Shown here: positions 36,995 through 45,979 of the stretch, piece after piece
Position numbering within the stretch: position 1 is the stretch's first letter
Layout of the letters: every line of letters begins with the position of its first letter
Origin: Patescibacteria group bacterium
GTDB lineage: Bacteria; Patescibacteriota; Patescibacteriia; Magasanikbacterales; GWA2-37-8
NCBI GenBank assembly: GCA_028705565.1
Contig: JAQWDH010000004.1
Coordinates: forward strand, 11,728-75,727
DNA length: 64,000 nucleotides
Direction: 5' to 3'
Notes under the pieces: generated by a model
Told to the model about the DNA's origin: nothing
Seen by the model: only the letters and a program-made list of their open reading frames with translations
The model's database searches: none
Translations under genes and position numbers: made by a program

Positions 36995-37807
36995 TTATTT
37001 AATTGTCTGTACTATCCGATCAACAGTGGAATCGATATCAAAAGCTTCTCTTTCGCTGGTGCAAACCTTTCTTTGTTCTTCAACATAATTATTGCAATTA
37101 GGATATTGCAAAGTAAAGCTAACTTTTACAAGCTTATCACTTTTGGTAGTGGTATAAGTGTATGACGAATAGACACTGCCAGTCGCACCTTCATGCTTAA
37201 CATTTACGCAATAAGTTCTGTCATCAACCACTCTTTGCAAAGTGATATCAGACATGCTGCTTATTTCTTGTGGCGTGGTTTTACAAGAATACGTGCCAGT
37301 TTCTATCGTGATAACCGGAGGCCATTCCTCAACGCTCACATATTTTGTCAGTAGTTCTGTCGGATATTGAAACGTTATGCCTTGATCATTGGTGGTTGTC
37401 GTCCATAAATTATTGCCAGACTCAGAATTATTATTTTCGGCAATAGTCCAAATTGTATAAAACCGACTATATTGATGTCTAGTTAAAACAATGGTCTTGT
37501 CGGATGATTTATAAAAATATCCCGATCCCATTTGATCCGTGTATTCATATCCACGGTCTTTCATAAAAGTTTCAACTACCGTAGGGCCACCTTTGCTTTT
37601 CGTAAGATATTTATTGTCCGTGCCAGACAATTTGACCATATCCGACTTGCCGAAAGTTAGTTGAGTAATACCTTTGATTTGAGGCCAAGGATTACCTTCT
37701 TGGAAAATTACTGACGAATAGAAAAATGCAAAAATACCCAATACTAAAATAATGAGGGATATAAGCAGTAAAATTTTTTTATTTTTCGAAGAATGTTCAA
37801 AAATCAT
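36995..37807 (-). CDS. Hypothetical exported protein
   Basis: N-terminal TM, Thr-rich, four Cys; ITFQYP. Confidence 0.75.
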   Translation of the reverse strand: MIFEHSSKNKKILLLISLIILVLGIFAFFYSSVIFQEGNPWPQIKGITQLTFGKSDMVKLSGTDNKYLTKSKGGPTVVETFMKDRGYEYTDQMGSGYFYKSSDKTIVLTRHQYSRFYTIWTIAENNNSESGNNLWTTTTNDQGITFQYPTELLTKYVSVEEWPPVITIETGTYSCKTTPQEISSMSDITLQRVVDDRTYCVNVKHEGATGSVYSSYTYTTTKSDKLVKVSFTLQYPNCNNYVEEQRKVCTSEREAFDIDSTVDRIVQTIK

Positions 37808-37813
37808 AATTGA

Positions 37814-37996
37814 TTATTTTTTCTTCTTATTTCTGATCGCGATAACAACGGTAGTGATAATTAGGATAAGGCCTAGTCCTTGTAATCCGGGACTATCATC
37901 AAATTCACCGAATACGACAAAGAATACCCCCAATAATATTGCTAAAACTTTTAGGACCCAGCATAAAATTTTATTTTTTATATCAGAGTGGTTCAT
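37814..37996 (-). CDS. Small two-TM protein
   Basis: TM-GEFDDSPGLQGLG-TM; co-oriented and tightly spaced with the two downstream genes. Confidence 0.7.
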   Translation of the reverse strand: MNHSDIKNKILCWVLKVLAILLGVFFVVFGEFDDSPGLQGLGLILIITTVVIAIRNKKKK

Positions 37997-38054
37997 TTAC
38001 TTATATTATATCTCAAAAATTGATTTTATTGAAGAACCGATTTTTATAAAAAAT

Positions 38055-38086
38055 AAAAACAGCGACCGCAAAAGTCGTTGTTTTTA
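38055..38086 (-). terminator. Intrinsic terminator downstream of tRNA-Ser
   Basis: AAAAACAGCGAC-CGCAAAA-GTCGTTGTTTTT hairpin. Confidence 0.7.
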
Positions 38087-38159
38087 TTTACAATTTATTG
38101 GGTAGTCGGGTCGCACATTCGTCATAGACAAATGGGTTGACTCCGATAATAAATTGTGT

Positions 38160-38247
38160 TGGCGGAGGATGAGGGATTCGAACCCTCGAGGCCTTTCGAC
38201 CAACTGCCTTTCCAGGGCAGCGCCATAAACCACTAGGCGAACCCTCC
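38160..38247 (-). tRNA. tRNA-Ser (GGA), CCA encoded
   Basis: GGAGGGT..ATCCTCC-GCCA acceptor, anticodon arm CTGCC-CTGGAAA-GGCAG, long variable arm, GGTTCGAATCC. Confidence 0.97.
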
Positions 38248-38376
38248 GTGTGTTATATCTTTAAATTATTCAATGTATTTTTTAATAAATATTTTAATCT
38301 TTCTCTGCCTTTGCCTGTTTTTAAAAAAATTTCTTCTCTAATGTCAAAAAGTGATTTATAATTTGATGTTTGTAAT

Positions 38377-39183
38377 TTATTTGTAGTCTGTAATTTGTAA
38401 TTTGGAATTTATTTGTTTTCTAACTTTATTCCAAATCATCAAAAAAGTCAACGACAAAAAAATCGCCGCCATCCCCCACTGCGCCGGCGTAAAATAAAAA
38501 TATCGCGGGTCGCTGGCGTATAAATCATCGGCGCGCAAAAAATCCAGCCAAAAACGCGCGAAAGCGTAAGTCGCGAAAGACATTCCGGCAACAAGCCCCC
38601 ATTTCTTTTTAGCCAATCGCTTAAACAAAAAAATGAAAATAAAAAACAACGAAAAAGCGACTAACGATTCATAAAGTCCCAAATCATGCCTCGCGCCATT
38701 GGAAAAATTCACTGCCAAAAAAAAATTTGATAATCTTCCTGGATGGTCATGGATTATAAAACATCCGATTCTGCCCATCCCCCATCCGAGCCATAAACTC
38801 ACGGCTCCGACATCCAAATACGGTTTGAATTCTTGCCAAGAAAATCCCCTTATTTTATAAAATATATAAACAGCCGCCGCGGCTCCGAAAAATCCTCCGA
38901 GAGAAGACGCGCCGCCTTCCCAAAATTTTAAAATATCAAACGGTCGCAAAATGTAATAAGACGGATTATAAAAAATAATATGAAACGCGCGAGCGCCAAA
39001 CATACCGCCGATAAGTCCCCAAATTGACATATCCAAAACGACATCATCAGACAATATGTATTTTTTCGCGAGACGCAAAACGCAAATCAAAGTCGCTACG
39101 ACTCCAAAAATCACAAATAGGCCCCACACTTGCACAGCGAGAGACCCGACCAAAAACGAATTTATTTGAAAATAAGGAATCAT
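38377..39183 (-). CDS. lgt: Prolipoprotein diacylglyceryl transferase Lgt family
   Basis: GARAFH, WEGGASSLGG, GRIGCF, LYES, RFWLDFLR; likely start MIPY at 39183. Confidence 0.88.
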   Translation of the reverse strand: MIPYFQINSFLVGSLAVQVWGLFVIFGVVATLICVLRLAKKYILSDDVVLDMSIWGLIGGMFGARAFHIIFYNPSYYILRPFDILKFWEGGASSLGGFFGAAAAVYIFYKIRGFSWQEFKPYLDVGAVSLWLGWGMGRIGCFIIHDHPGRLSNFFLAVNFSNGARHDLGLYESLVAFSLFFIFIFLFKRLAKKKWGLVAGMSFATYAFARFWLDFLRADDLYASDPRYFYFTPAQWGMAAIFLSLTFLMIWNKVRKQINSKLQITDYK

Positions 39184-39204
39184 GTAAAAAATCAAAAAAC
39201 AAAA

Positions 39205-40527
39205 TTATTTTATGAATTGGATAATTTCTTCCGGCCTGTTTATCACGCGAATATAATCCTCGTCAACACGCCCGATGGTTTTAAAATCAGCGGAAAGCGT
39301 ATGAATAAAATCCAAAAGCGGCTGCCAAAATTCTTTGCCGTAAAGCAAAATCGGAATCGGCTTTATTTTTTTTGTTTCCAAAAGAGTAAGCATTTCAAAA
39401 AGCTGATGCATTGTCCCGAATCCGCCTGGAAAAAATACAAACGCCTTTGCCGGAGACGTAATCATCAATTTGCGCACGAAATGAAAATAAAAACCGATTG
39501 ATTTGGTTAAATAATTATTAAACCTTTCCCCCCTGTCAAAACGCATATTTATGCCTATACTCTCTCCTCCTGTTTCAAACGCGCCTTTATTCACCGCTTC
39601 CATAATTCCAGGACCGCCTCCGGTAACGACAGAATATTTATTTTGCGCCAAAACCTTTCCGGCTTCGTAAGCGGCCTGGTAATAACTTGACCCCGGCAGA
39701 ATGCTTTTTGTTCCCAAAATTGTCACATTATTTGAAAGTTTTGTTATAAATTCAAAACCGTCCACCAACTCTGCCATAATCCTGAAAATTTTCCAATCAA
39801 CTCCTTTGCAATTCATACCAACACAAAGATTCGGGCGATCCGGCGTGTCTTTGACAAACTCAAACGCTTCTTCCGCAGTTTCAACCAAATGTAAATTTTT
39901 TATATCCAAATCGCCGATTGAGTGCGCTTCGCCTGCTGATTTTTTTCTGAGAAAATCAAAAATCGGCTGCCAAAATTCTTTGCCAACCATTATCACCGGT
40001 GATTTATCCATATGCCCCAGTTCCATTAAATCAACAACTTCAAAAAATTCATCCAATGTGCCGAATCCGCCGGGAAAAAATACAAACGCGTTGGCTGGAG
40101 ATGTTAACATTACTTTGCGCGTGAAGAAATAATAAAAACCCGCGTATTTTTTCACATAAGGATTTATGCGTTGTTCAAATGGAAGCTGGATATTCAAACC
40201 GACCGACTCGCCTCCAGTTTCAAACGCGCCCTTGTTAGCGGCTTCCATAATTCCTGGTCCGCCGCCGGTGATTGTCGTAAATTTATTTTTTCCAAGCAAC
40301 CTTCCGAATTCCTCGGCGATTTTGTAATATTTGCTGTTCATTGGCAACCGAGCCGAACCCAATATGGTGACTTCTCTTTCAATTTTGCCTAAAAACTCAT
40401 AACCTTCAACGAACTCGGACATTATTTTAAAAATTCTCCAACTGTCGCGAAAATCAACCGCCGCGCCACCCGTAACGAACTGTTCTTTATTGTTTTTTTG
40501 CTCGGCCGCGATTTTTTGTTTAGGCAT
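39205..40527 (-). CDS. Tandem-duplicated LOG (TIGR00730-like) nucleotide phosphoribohydrolase
   Basis: Two repeats, each with WxIFxIMxE, TGGGPGIMEA and PGGFGT. Confidence 0.9.
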   Translation of the reverse strand: MPKQKIAAEQKNNKEQFVTGGAAVDFRDSWRIFKIMSEFVEGYEFLGKIEREVTILGSARLPMNSKYYKIAEEFGRLLGKNKFTTITGGGPGIMEAANKGAFETGGESVGLNIQLPFEQRINPYVKKYAGFYYFFTRKVMLTSPANAFVFFPGGFGTLDEFFEVVDLMELGHMDKSPVIMVGKEFWQPIFDFLRKKSAGEAHSIGDLDIKNLHLVETAEEAFEFVKDTPDRPNLCVGMNCKGVDWKIFRIMAELVDGFEFITKLSNNVTILGTKSILPGSSYYQAAYEAGKVLAQNKYSVVTGGGPGIMEAVNKGAFETGGESIGINMRFDRGERFNNYLTKSIGFYFHFVRKLMITSPAKAFVFFPGGFGTMHQLFEMLTLLETKKIKPIPILLYGKEFWQPLLDFIHTLSADFKTIGRVDEDYIRVINRPEEIIQFIK

Positions 40528-40557
40528 AAATAAATTTTAATAATAACATTAAAAAAT

Positions 40558-41985
40558 TCAATTCTTTTCCAATTCTTTTCCAATTCTCAAAACCAAATCT
40601 TCCCTGAATCTCGGTCCGATAATTTGCGCGCCTATCGGCAAACCGGAATAATTTTCTCCGGCAGGAACCGACATCGCAGGAACTCCCGCAACCGCCGCCG
40701 GACTTACCATAATATCCGCGAGATAAAGCGCCAATGGATTGTCTATTTTTTCTCCCAAATCAAATGGAGAAAAAGGAGATGTTGGCGTTATGAGCGCGTC
40801 AACTTTTTTAAATATCTCGTCAAAATCATTTTTAATAAGTGTGCGAACTTTTTGAGCTTTTTTATAATAAGCATCGTAATATCCGGATGACAACGCGTAT
40901 GTTCCGATTAAAATTCTTCGTTTAACTTCCTCTGGAAATCCGTCAGCGCGTGAATTTGCGTAAATGTCAAAAAGATTATTCGCGTCCGCGCGCAAACCGT
41001 AACGAATACCATCCAAACGCGCAAGATTGGAGCTGTCTTCGCTTGGAACTATGATATAATAAACAGCAATGGCATATTTTGTATAAGGCAAACTCACTTG
41101 TTTAATTTTACATCCGGCTTTTTCCAAAATGTCAATTTTTTTATAAGTTAATTCTTTAATTTCCTCATTAAGCCCTTCCAATTCAAAATATTCTTTCGGA
41201 ACGCCGATTTTTAAACCCTTTACGCCTTTTTTTAATTCTTCTACATAATTTGGAACCGCGTCCGACACAGTGGTAGCGTCCATTTTGTCATTGCCGGCCA
41301 TTATTTCCATCAAAAACGCGACATCGTCAACGCTTTTGGCAATAGGTCCGACAGTATCCAAAGAAGATGCCATTGACATAATTCCAAAACGGGAATTGCG
41401 CCCGTAAGACGGACGCATACCGACAACTCCGCAAAAACTCGCCGGCTGACGAATTGAACCCCCCGTGTCTTCCGCGACAGCAAAAATACACATATTATCC
41501 GCGACAGCCGCGGCCGAACCGCCGGAAGAGCCACCGGCGACTTTTTTTGTGTTACGCGGATTGCGGACAGGTCCATACATACTGTTTTCATTGCTCGCTC
41601 CGTGCCCGAAAGCGTCGCAATTATTCTTACCCAAAAGCACAGCGCCTTGTTCGCGAATTTTTTTTATCACGGTCGCGTCAAACGGAGGAACATAATTATC
41701 CAAAATTTTAGACGCGCCAGTTGAGCGAACTCCCGCGGTGCAAATAGCGTCTTTTACGGCGAAAGGGATTCCAGTAAGAGGCCATGCTTCGCCTCTTTCA
41801 ATCGTTTCATCCGCCCTCACCGCTTCTTTCATTGCTAAATCTTCGCAAACTGTAATAAATGCGTTGATTTCTCCATCGCGTTTTTTTATTCTATCCAAAC
41901 AAGCCGCCGTTAATTCCACGGAAGTAAAATCTTTTTTATTTAATCCATCTTTCGCTTCTCTGATTGTCAACTCATTCAAATTCAT
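40558..41985 (-). CDS. gatA: Glu/Asp-tRNA amidotransferase subunit A
   Basis: KD, GGSSGGSAAAV, DTGGSIRQPA, SSNLARLDGIRYG, EVKRRILIG. Confidence 0.96.
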   Translation of the reverse strand: MNLNELTIREAKDGLNKKDFTSVELTAACLDRIKKRDGEINAFITVCEDLAMKEAVRADETIERGEAWPLTGIPFAVKDAICTAGVRSTGASKILDNYVPPFDATVIKKIREQGAVLLGKNNCDAFGHGASNENSMYGPVRNPRNTKKVAGGSSGGSAAAVADNMCIFAVAEDTGGSIRQPASFCGVVGMRPSYGRNSRFGIMSMASSLDTVGPIAKSVDDVAFLMEIMAGNDKMDATTVSDAVPNYVEELKKGVKGLKIGVPKEYFELEGLNEEIKELTYKKIDILEKAGCKIKQVSLPYTKYAIAVYYIIVPSEDSSNLARLDGIRYGLRADANNLFDIYANSRADGFPEEVKRRILIGTYALSSGYYDAYYKKAQKVRTLIKNDFDEIFKKVDALITPTSPFSPFDLGEKIDNPLALYLADIMVSPAAVAGVPAMSVPAGENYSGLPIGAQIIGPRFREDLVLRIGKELEKN

Positions 41986-42001
41986 AAATAATGAATGCTG
42001 T

Positions 42002-42295
42002 TTAATTTTCTTCAAACACGGCGGGCACAGCCAATTTTCCGTCCTTCACTAAAGGCATCTGTTCAATCAATTCTTTTTGCGAATCCTTGCCCCTGATTTC
42101 ATCCAAACGAACGATATTTTTAAGACCGGTCACCTGCGATGTCAATTCAACATTTTCAGTGTCAACTTCATTCAAAACATCCATATAATCCAAAACAGCC
42201 GAAATAGTTTCGGCGTGCCTCTGCTCTTCTTCCGGCGTAAGCGCGATACGCGCCAATTTCGCCAATTTTTTTACCTCTTCAACAGTAATGCTCAT
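42002..42295 (-). CDS. gatC: Amidotransferase subunit C
   Basis: MSITVEEVKKLAKLARI...LNEVDTENVE...VPAVF. Confidence 0.92.
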   Translation of the reverse strand: MSITVEEVKKLAKLARIALTPEEEQRHAETISAVLDYMDVLNEVDTENVELTSQVTGLKNIVRLDEIRGKDSQKELIEQMPLVKDGKLAVPAVFEEN

Positions 42296-42406
42296 AACAG
42301 CGATATTATATAAAAAAAACGAATTATTGGCAATACGCGTTGACTGTTTCATTAAAAAATGGTTAGCTACATGCAATAAACTCTTAGTAGGAGTTAGGAG
42401 GAAAAA

Positions 42407-42718
42407 ATGGATAGCACTTTAATAATATTTGGGATAATAACAATAATTTCTTTTTGCTGCATAACGACTTTTGGCATTGCCGGATATGAAGGTAGGTGGA
42501 AAAAAAAATGGCCGATTGTCGGTTCTGGAATTTCATGGCTTATAGCGGCGATAAACGTATTACTGTTTTTTGGCTATGTCGGAGAATCCACAATCGGAAT
42601 GCTGTTGTTTGTGTTATTTTTATCCCCGACAATTTATTTTTTTTATTTTCAAAAAAATCTTATAGTTATAAATAATCTCAGAGAAAAATATATCAAAGAA
42701 AAAGATGATGAAAAATGA
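42407..42718 (+). CDS. Hypothetical three-TM protein
   Basis: AGGAGG SD preceded by a small hairpin, TTGACT at 42340, terminator GAGAGGTT..AACCTCTC-TTTTT at about 42728-42753. Confidence 0.7.
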   Translation: MDSTLIIFGIITIISFCCITTFGIAGYEGRWKKKWPIVGSGISWLIAAINVLLFFGYVGESTIGMLLFVLFLSPTIYFFYFQKNLIVINNLREKYIKEKDDEK

Positions 42719-42770
42719 AAACAACGCGAGAGGTTGCCAAAACCTCTCTTTTTAATTATGATATCGTGGT

Positions 42771-43247
42771 ATGAAAACAATAACGAAAACTGAAAAAGAA
42801 ACGATTGACTTCGGAAAAAAACTCGCGAAAACGCTAAAAGGCGGGGATGTTTTATTGTTCTACGGAGAACTTGGCGCAGGAAAAACCGCCATGACCAAAG
42901 GCATTGCCGAAGGATTGGGAATTAAAAATAAAATCACATCCCCGACTTTCGCCTTGATGAATGTTTATAAAAACACCTCTATACAGATGGTTTCTCGCGA
43001 GAGAAAAAAAAATCCGCCGAAAACAAATTCGCCTTTGACGAAAATTAAAAAATTTGTCCACATAGATACTTATCGCCTTAAAGATGAAGGCGAACTGATT
43101 GAAATCGGCGTTGAAGATTATTTGGGCGCGCCAGACACGGTGTGCGTTGTTGAATGGCCTGAAAAACTATCTGAATTATTAAAAAATAAAAAAATAAAAA
43201 AAATAAAAATTGAACACCAAGACAACGGAAGAGTAATAATCGTTTAA
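42771..43247 (+). CDS. tsaE: tRNA t6A biosynthesis ATPase TsaE
   Basis: GELGAGKT, SPTF, HIDTYRL, VEWPE. Confidence 0.94.
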   Translation: MKTITKTEKETIDFGKKLAKTLKGGDVLLFYGELGAGKTAMTKGIAEGLGIKNKITSPTFALMNVYKNTSIQMVSRERKKNPPKTNSPLTKIKKFVHIDTYRLKDEGELIEIGVEDYLGAPDTVCVVEWPEKLSELLKNKKIKKIKIEHQDNGRVIIV

Positions 43248-43260
43248 AAATATCCGGCGT

Positions 43261-43941
43261 TTAAACCGGATATTTTAATTTTTCAGTCGCGTATCTGTAC
43301 ATCACCCGCGGCATTTTTTTAACATATTTATCCAAAAAATTCCGCAAAACTTTTTCATCTCTTTTTCCAATCTCGCGCAACATCCAGCCAACGGATTTTT
43401 GAATCAAATCGTGCGGATGCTTTAAATACATTTTTGCCAATTTTAAAGTATCCGCGAATTGATTTTTCCGTATAAACTCAAAAGTGGCGACTATCGCGAT
43501 TCGTTCGCTCCATAAATGTTTGCTTTTCGCCAATTTATATAACACGCTCCTCGGCTTATCAAGCAAATAAAATCCTAAAATTTTTCCTGCTGACAAATCA
43601 ACCAGATCCCAATTATTCACCCTGTCCAAATTAGCCAAATAAAAATCAACGATTTTTTTTCGTTCTTCTTCGCCGGCTTTCAACATTTTGAAAGTCAAAA
43701 TAATCAGTCCTGTCAAACGGTCTTCGTGAAAACGGCTTAAAAGTAATTTTTTTACATCATTCAAATTCGCTGTTTGATAATATCTATTCGCGATCGCGCG
43801 CTGGTCCGGAACTGTTATCGCGAGCATTTTGTCGCCTTCGGCATATTGCCCTTTGCCTGTTTTAAAAAAACTTGATAAAATTTTTAGTTTCTTGGGATTG
43901 GCTTTCTTCCTTAATTCTTTTTTTATCTTATCGCAAATCAT
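43261..43941 (-). CDS. DNA alkylation repair protein (AlkD-like)
   Basis: FFKTGKGQYAEGD, NNWDLVD, HDLIQKSVGWMLRE. Start set at MICDK because the longer start lies inside a repeat. Confidence 0.88.
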   Translation of the reverse strand: MICDKIKKELRKKANPKKLKILSSFFKTGKGQYAEGDKMLAITVPDQRAIANRYYQTANLNDVKKLLLSRFHEDRLTGLIILTFKMLKAGEEERKKIVDFYLANLDRVNNWDLVDLSAGKILGFYLLDKPRSVLYKLAKSKHLWSERIAIVATFEFIRKNQFADTLKLAKMYLKHPHDLIQKSVGWMLREIGKRDEKVLRNFLDKYVKKMPRVMYRYATEKLKYPV

Positions 43942-44003
43942 ACAAAATCTTCGCGTCTTAAATTTTAATTTAAAGCCTTGAATGAGAATGTCGCCAAATA
44001 CGT

Positions 44004-44140
44004 TTGTCATCCCGAGCGAGGCTCACGCCGAAGAGGGATCTCTATTCAACAAATTATAACCGGACAGAGATCCCCTGCCTACCGGTTTACATACCGTAGG
44101 TATGCAGGCAGGCTCGTCATTTCATTCCTCGGGATGACAA
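44004..44140. repeat. Palindromic element with 13-bp terminal inverted repeats and nested palindromes
   Basis: TTGTCATCCCGAG...CTCGGGATGACAA; inner GGGATCTC/GAGATCCC; nested CCTGCCT..AGGCAGG and CATACC-GTA-GGTATG. Confidence 0.85.
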
Positions 44141-44173
44141 TTAATCCCCGAGGAACTAATTGAAATCTTTGCG

Positions 44174-44713
44174 CTATTCGGCGACAGTCCATGAATATGC
44201 GCATCCGCAATAATTTTGTCTGTAAATATTTTTATTTTTTACAAACTCCGCGGATTTTTCCTGTCTCCCGTCTTTTTTCCAATCTTCCTCAAAAAATTTC
44301 ACGCCGTATTTTTTTCCGATTGCCAAACCAAGCGGATTTATAATATCCGCTTTTTTATTTCTCCCCATTGTAAGAGTCGTGGCAAAAATTTCAAACCCTT
44401 TGTCTTTCGCTGTCGCGGCTGTTTTTTCCAAACGCAAACCAAAGCATATTGGACATCTACCGCCACCTTCCGGTTCGTCTTCTTTGCCTTTCACAATTTC
44501 TTGCCATTTATCAATTTCATAATCCATATCAATCATCGGTACTCCAAATTCTTCGCACACGCGAATAACTTCGGCTTTGCGTTTCAAATACTCCTCTTCC
44601 GGATAAATATTCGGATTATAAAAAAACACGGTCAGATCGTATTTGCTTTTTAATTCGTCAATTATCGCGATGCCGCATGGCGCGCAACAGGTATGCAATA
44701 AAAATTTTTCCAT
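44174..44713 (-). CDS. queH: Epoxyqueuosine reductase QueH
   Basis: LLHTCCAPC, FYNPNI, RCPICF..RL, YRQNYCGC. Confidence 0.9.
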   Translation of the reverse strand: MEKFLLHTCCAPCGIAIIDELKSKYDLTVFFYNPNIYPEEEYLKRKAEVIRVCEEFGVPMIDMDYEIDKWQEIVKGKEDEPEGGGRCPICFGLRLEKTAATAKDKGFEIFATTLTMGRNKKADIINPLGLAIGKKYGVKFFEEDWKKDGRQEKSAEFVKNKNIYRQNYCGCAYSWTVAE

Positions 44714-44730
44714 AAAATAATATACTATTT

Positions 44731-45978
44731 TTATCTAATATACTTGCTTCCTTTTAATTCTGGGGGCAAATAATCCTGCTCCTCTTTATAATTAAAATCC
44801 GGACTGTATTTATAATCTTTTCCGTATCCGATTTCTTTCATAAATTTCGTCGGCGCGTTACGCAAATGGATGGGAACCCCAAGATGAGACGTGGCGCGCG
44901 CGTCCTCTGCCGCTTTTTCATACGCTTTATAAAGCAAATTTGATTTTGATGATTTCGCGCAGTACACAACCGCCTGCGCAAGATGCACCGAGCATTCCGG
45001 CATTCCGATTTTATGGCAAGCGTCGTAAACGGCGTTTGCCTGTATCAATGCTTCGCTATTAGCCATTCCGATGTCTTCACTCGCGAAACGAAGTACTCGC
45101 CTTGCCACATAAAGCGGGTCGGCCCCTCCTTCCAACATTCGCGCCAACCAATACAAAGCCGCGTTCGCGTCGCTTCCGCGCATTGATTTATGCAGAGCGG
45201 AAATAAGATTATAAAACTCCTCGCCTTGTTTATCAAACACTAAATGTGTTCGTTGCAAGGCCTCTTTAATGTCTTCATTTGACAATGCTATTTCTGTTTT
45301 TATGGACTTTCCGATTTTTGATTTTACCGCCAGATCCAACCCGTTTAAAGCCGCGCGCGCGTCGCCTCCGGACAATTCAGCCAAAAATTCTATTGTTTTA
45401 CCGTTAATTTCAATTTTTATTTTGCCAAATCCCCTGTTCTTATCCGCAATCGCCGCTTTGATGATTTTAATTATGTCTTTTTCCTCTAAATTTTTTAAAA
45501 TAAAAACGCGCGAGCGGGATAATAACGCGCCAATAATTTCAAAAGAAGGATTTTCCGTTGTCGCTCCAATTAAAATCACCAACCCTTTTTCCACAAAAGG
45601 CAAAAGCGCGTCTTGCTGGGCTTTATTCCACCTGTGAATTTCGTCAATAAATAAAATCGTCCGCTGACCATTTTTTTCCAAAACGGTTTTCGCCTCCGCG
45701 ACAGCTTTTTTTAAATCTTCTTTTCCGCTGTTCACGGCCGACAAAACAATGAAACGCGATTTTGTTTGTTCTGAAATAATATTCGCCAAAGTCGTTTTGC
45801 CCACGCCAGGAGGACCCCAAAAAATAATTGACGACAATTCATCGTTTTCAATCAATTTGCGCAAAAGTTTTCCTTCGCCGACTATTTCTTCCTGCCCGAA
45901 AAATTCGCTAAAATTTTTCGGTCTCATTCTATCTGCCAAAGGCGCGGGAAACTCAAAAATTTTTTTAATAACAGCCAT
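44731..45978 (-). CDS. rarA: Replication-associated recombination protein A
   Basis: [54 protein letters not shown]. Confidence 0.95.
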   Translation of the reverse strand: MAVIKKIFEFPAPLADRMRPKNFSEFFGQEEIVGEGKLLRKLIENDELSSIIFWGPPGVGKTTLANIISEQTKSRFIVLSAVNSGKEDLKKAVAEAKTVLEKNGQRTILFIDEIHRWNKAQQDALLPFVEKGLVILIGATTENPSFEIIGALLSRSRVFILKNLEEKDIIKIIKAAIADKNRGFGKIKIEINGKTIEFLAELSGGDARAALNGLDLAVKSKIGKSIKTEIALSNEDIKEALQRTHLVFDKQGEEFYNLISALHKSMRGSDANAALYWLARMLEGGADPLYVARRVLRFASEDIGMANSEALIQANAVYDACHKIGMPECSVHLAQAVVYCAKSSKSNLLYKAYEKAAEDARATSHLGVPIHLRNAPTKFMKEIGYGKDYKYSPDFNYKEEQDYLPPELKGSKYIR

Positions 45979-45979
45979 A

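Noticed and set aside
43942-44163. N-terminal extension of the AlkD-like gene and a 61-aa (+) ORF
   Set aside because: Both derive from the palindromic repeat (CHPER-type translation).
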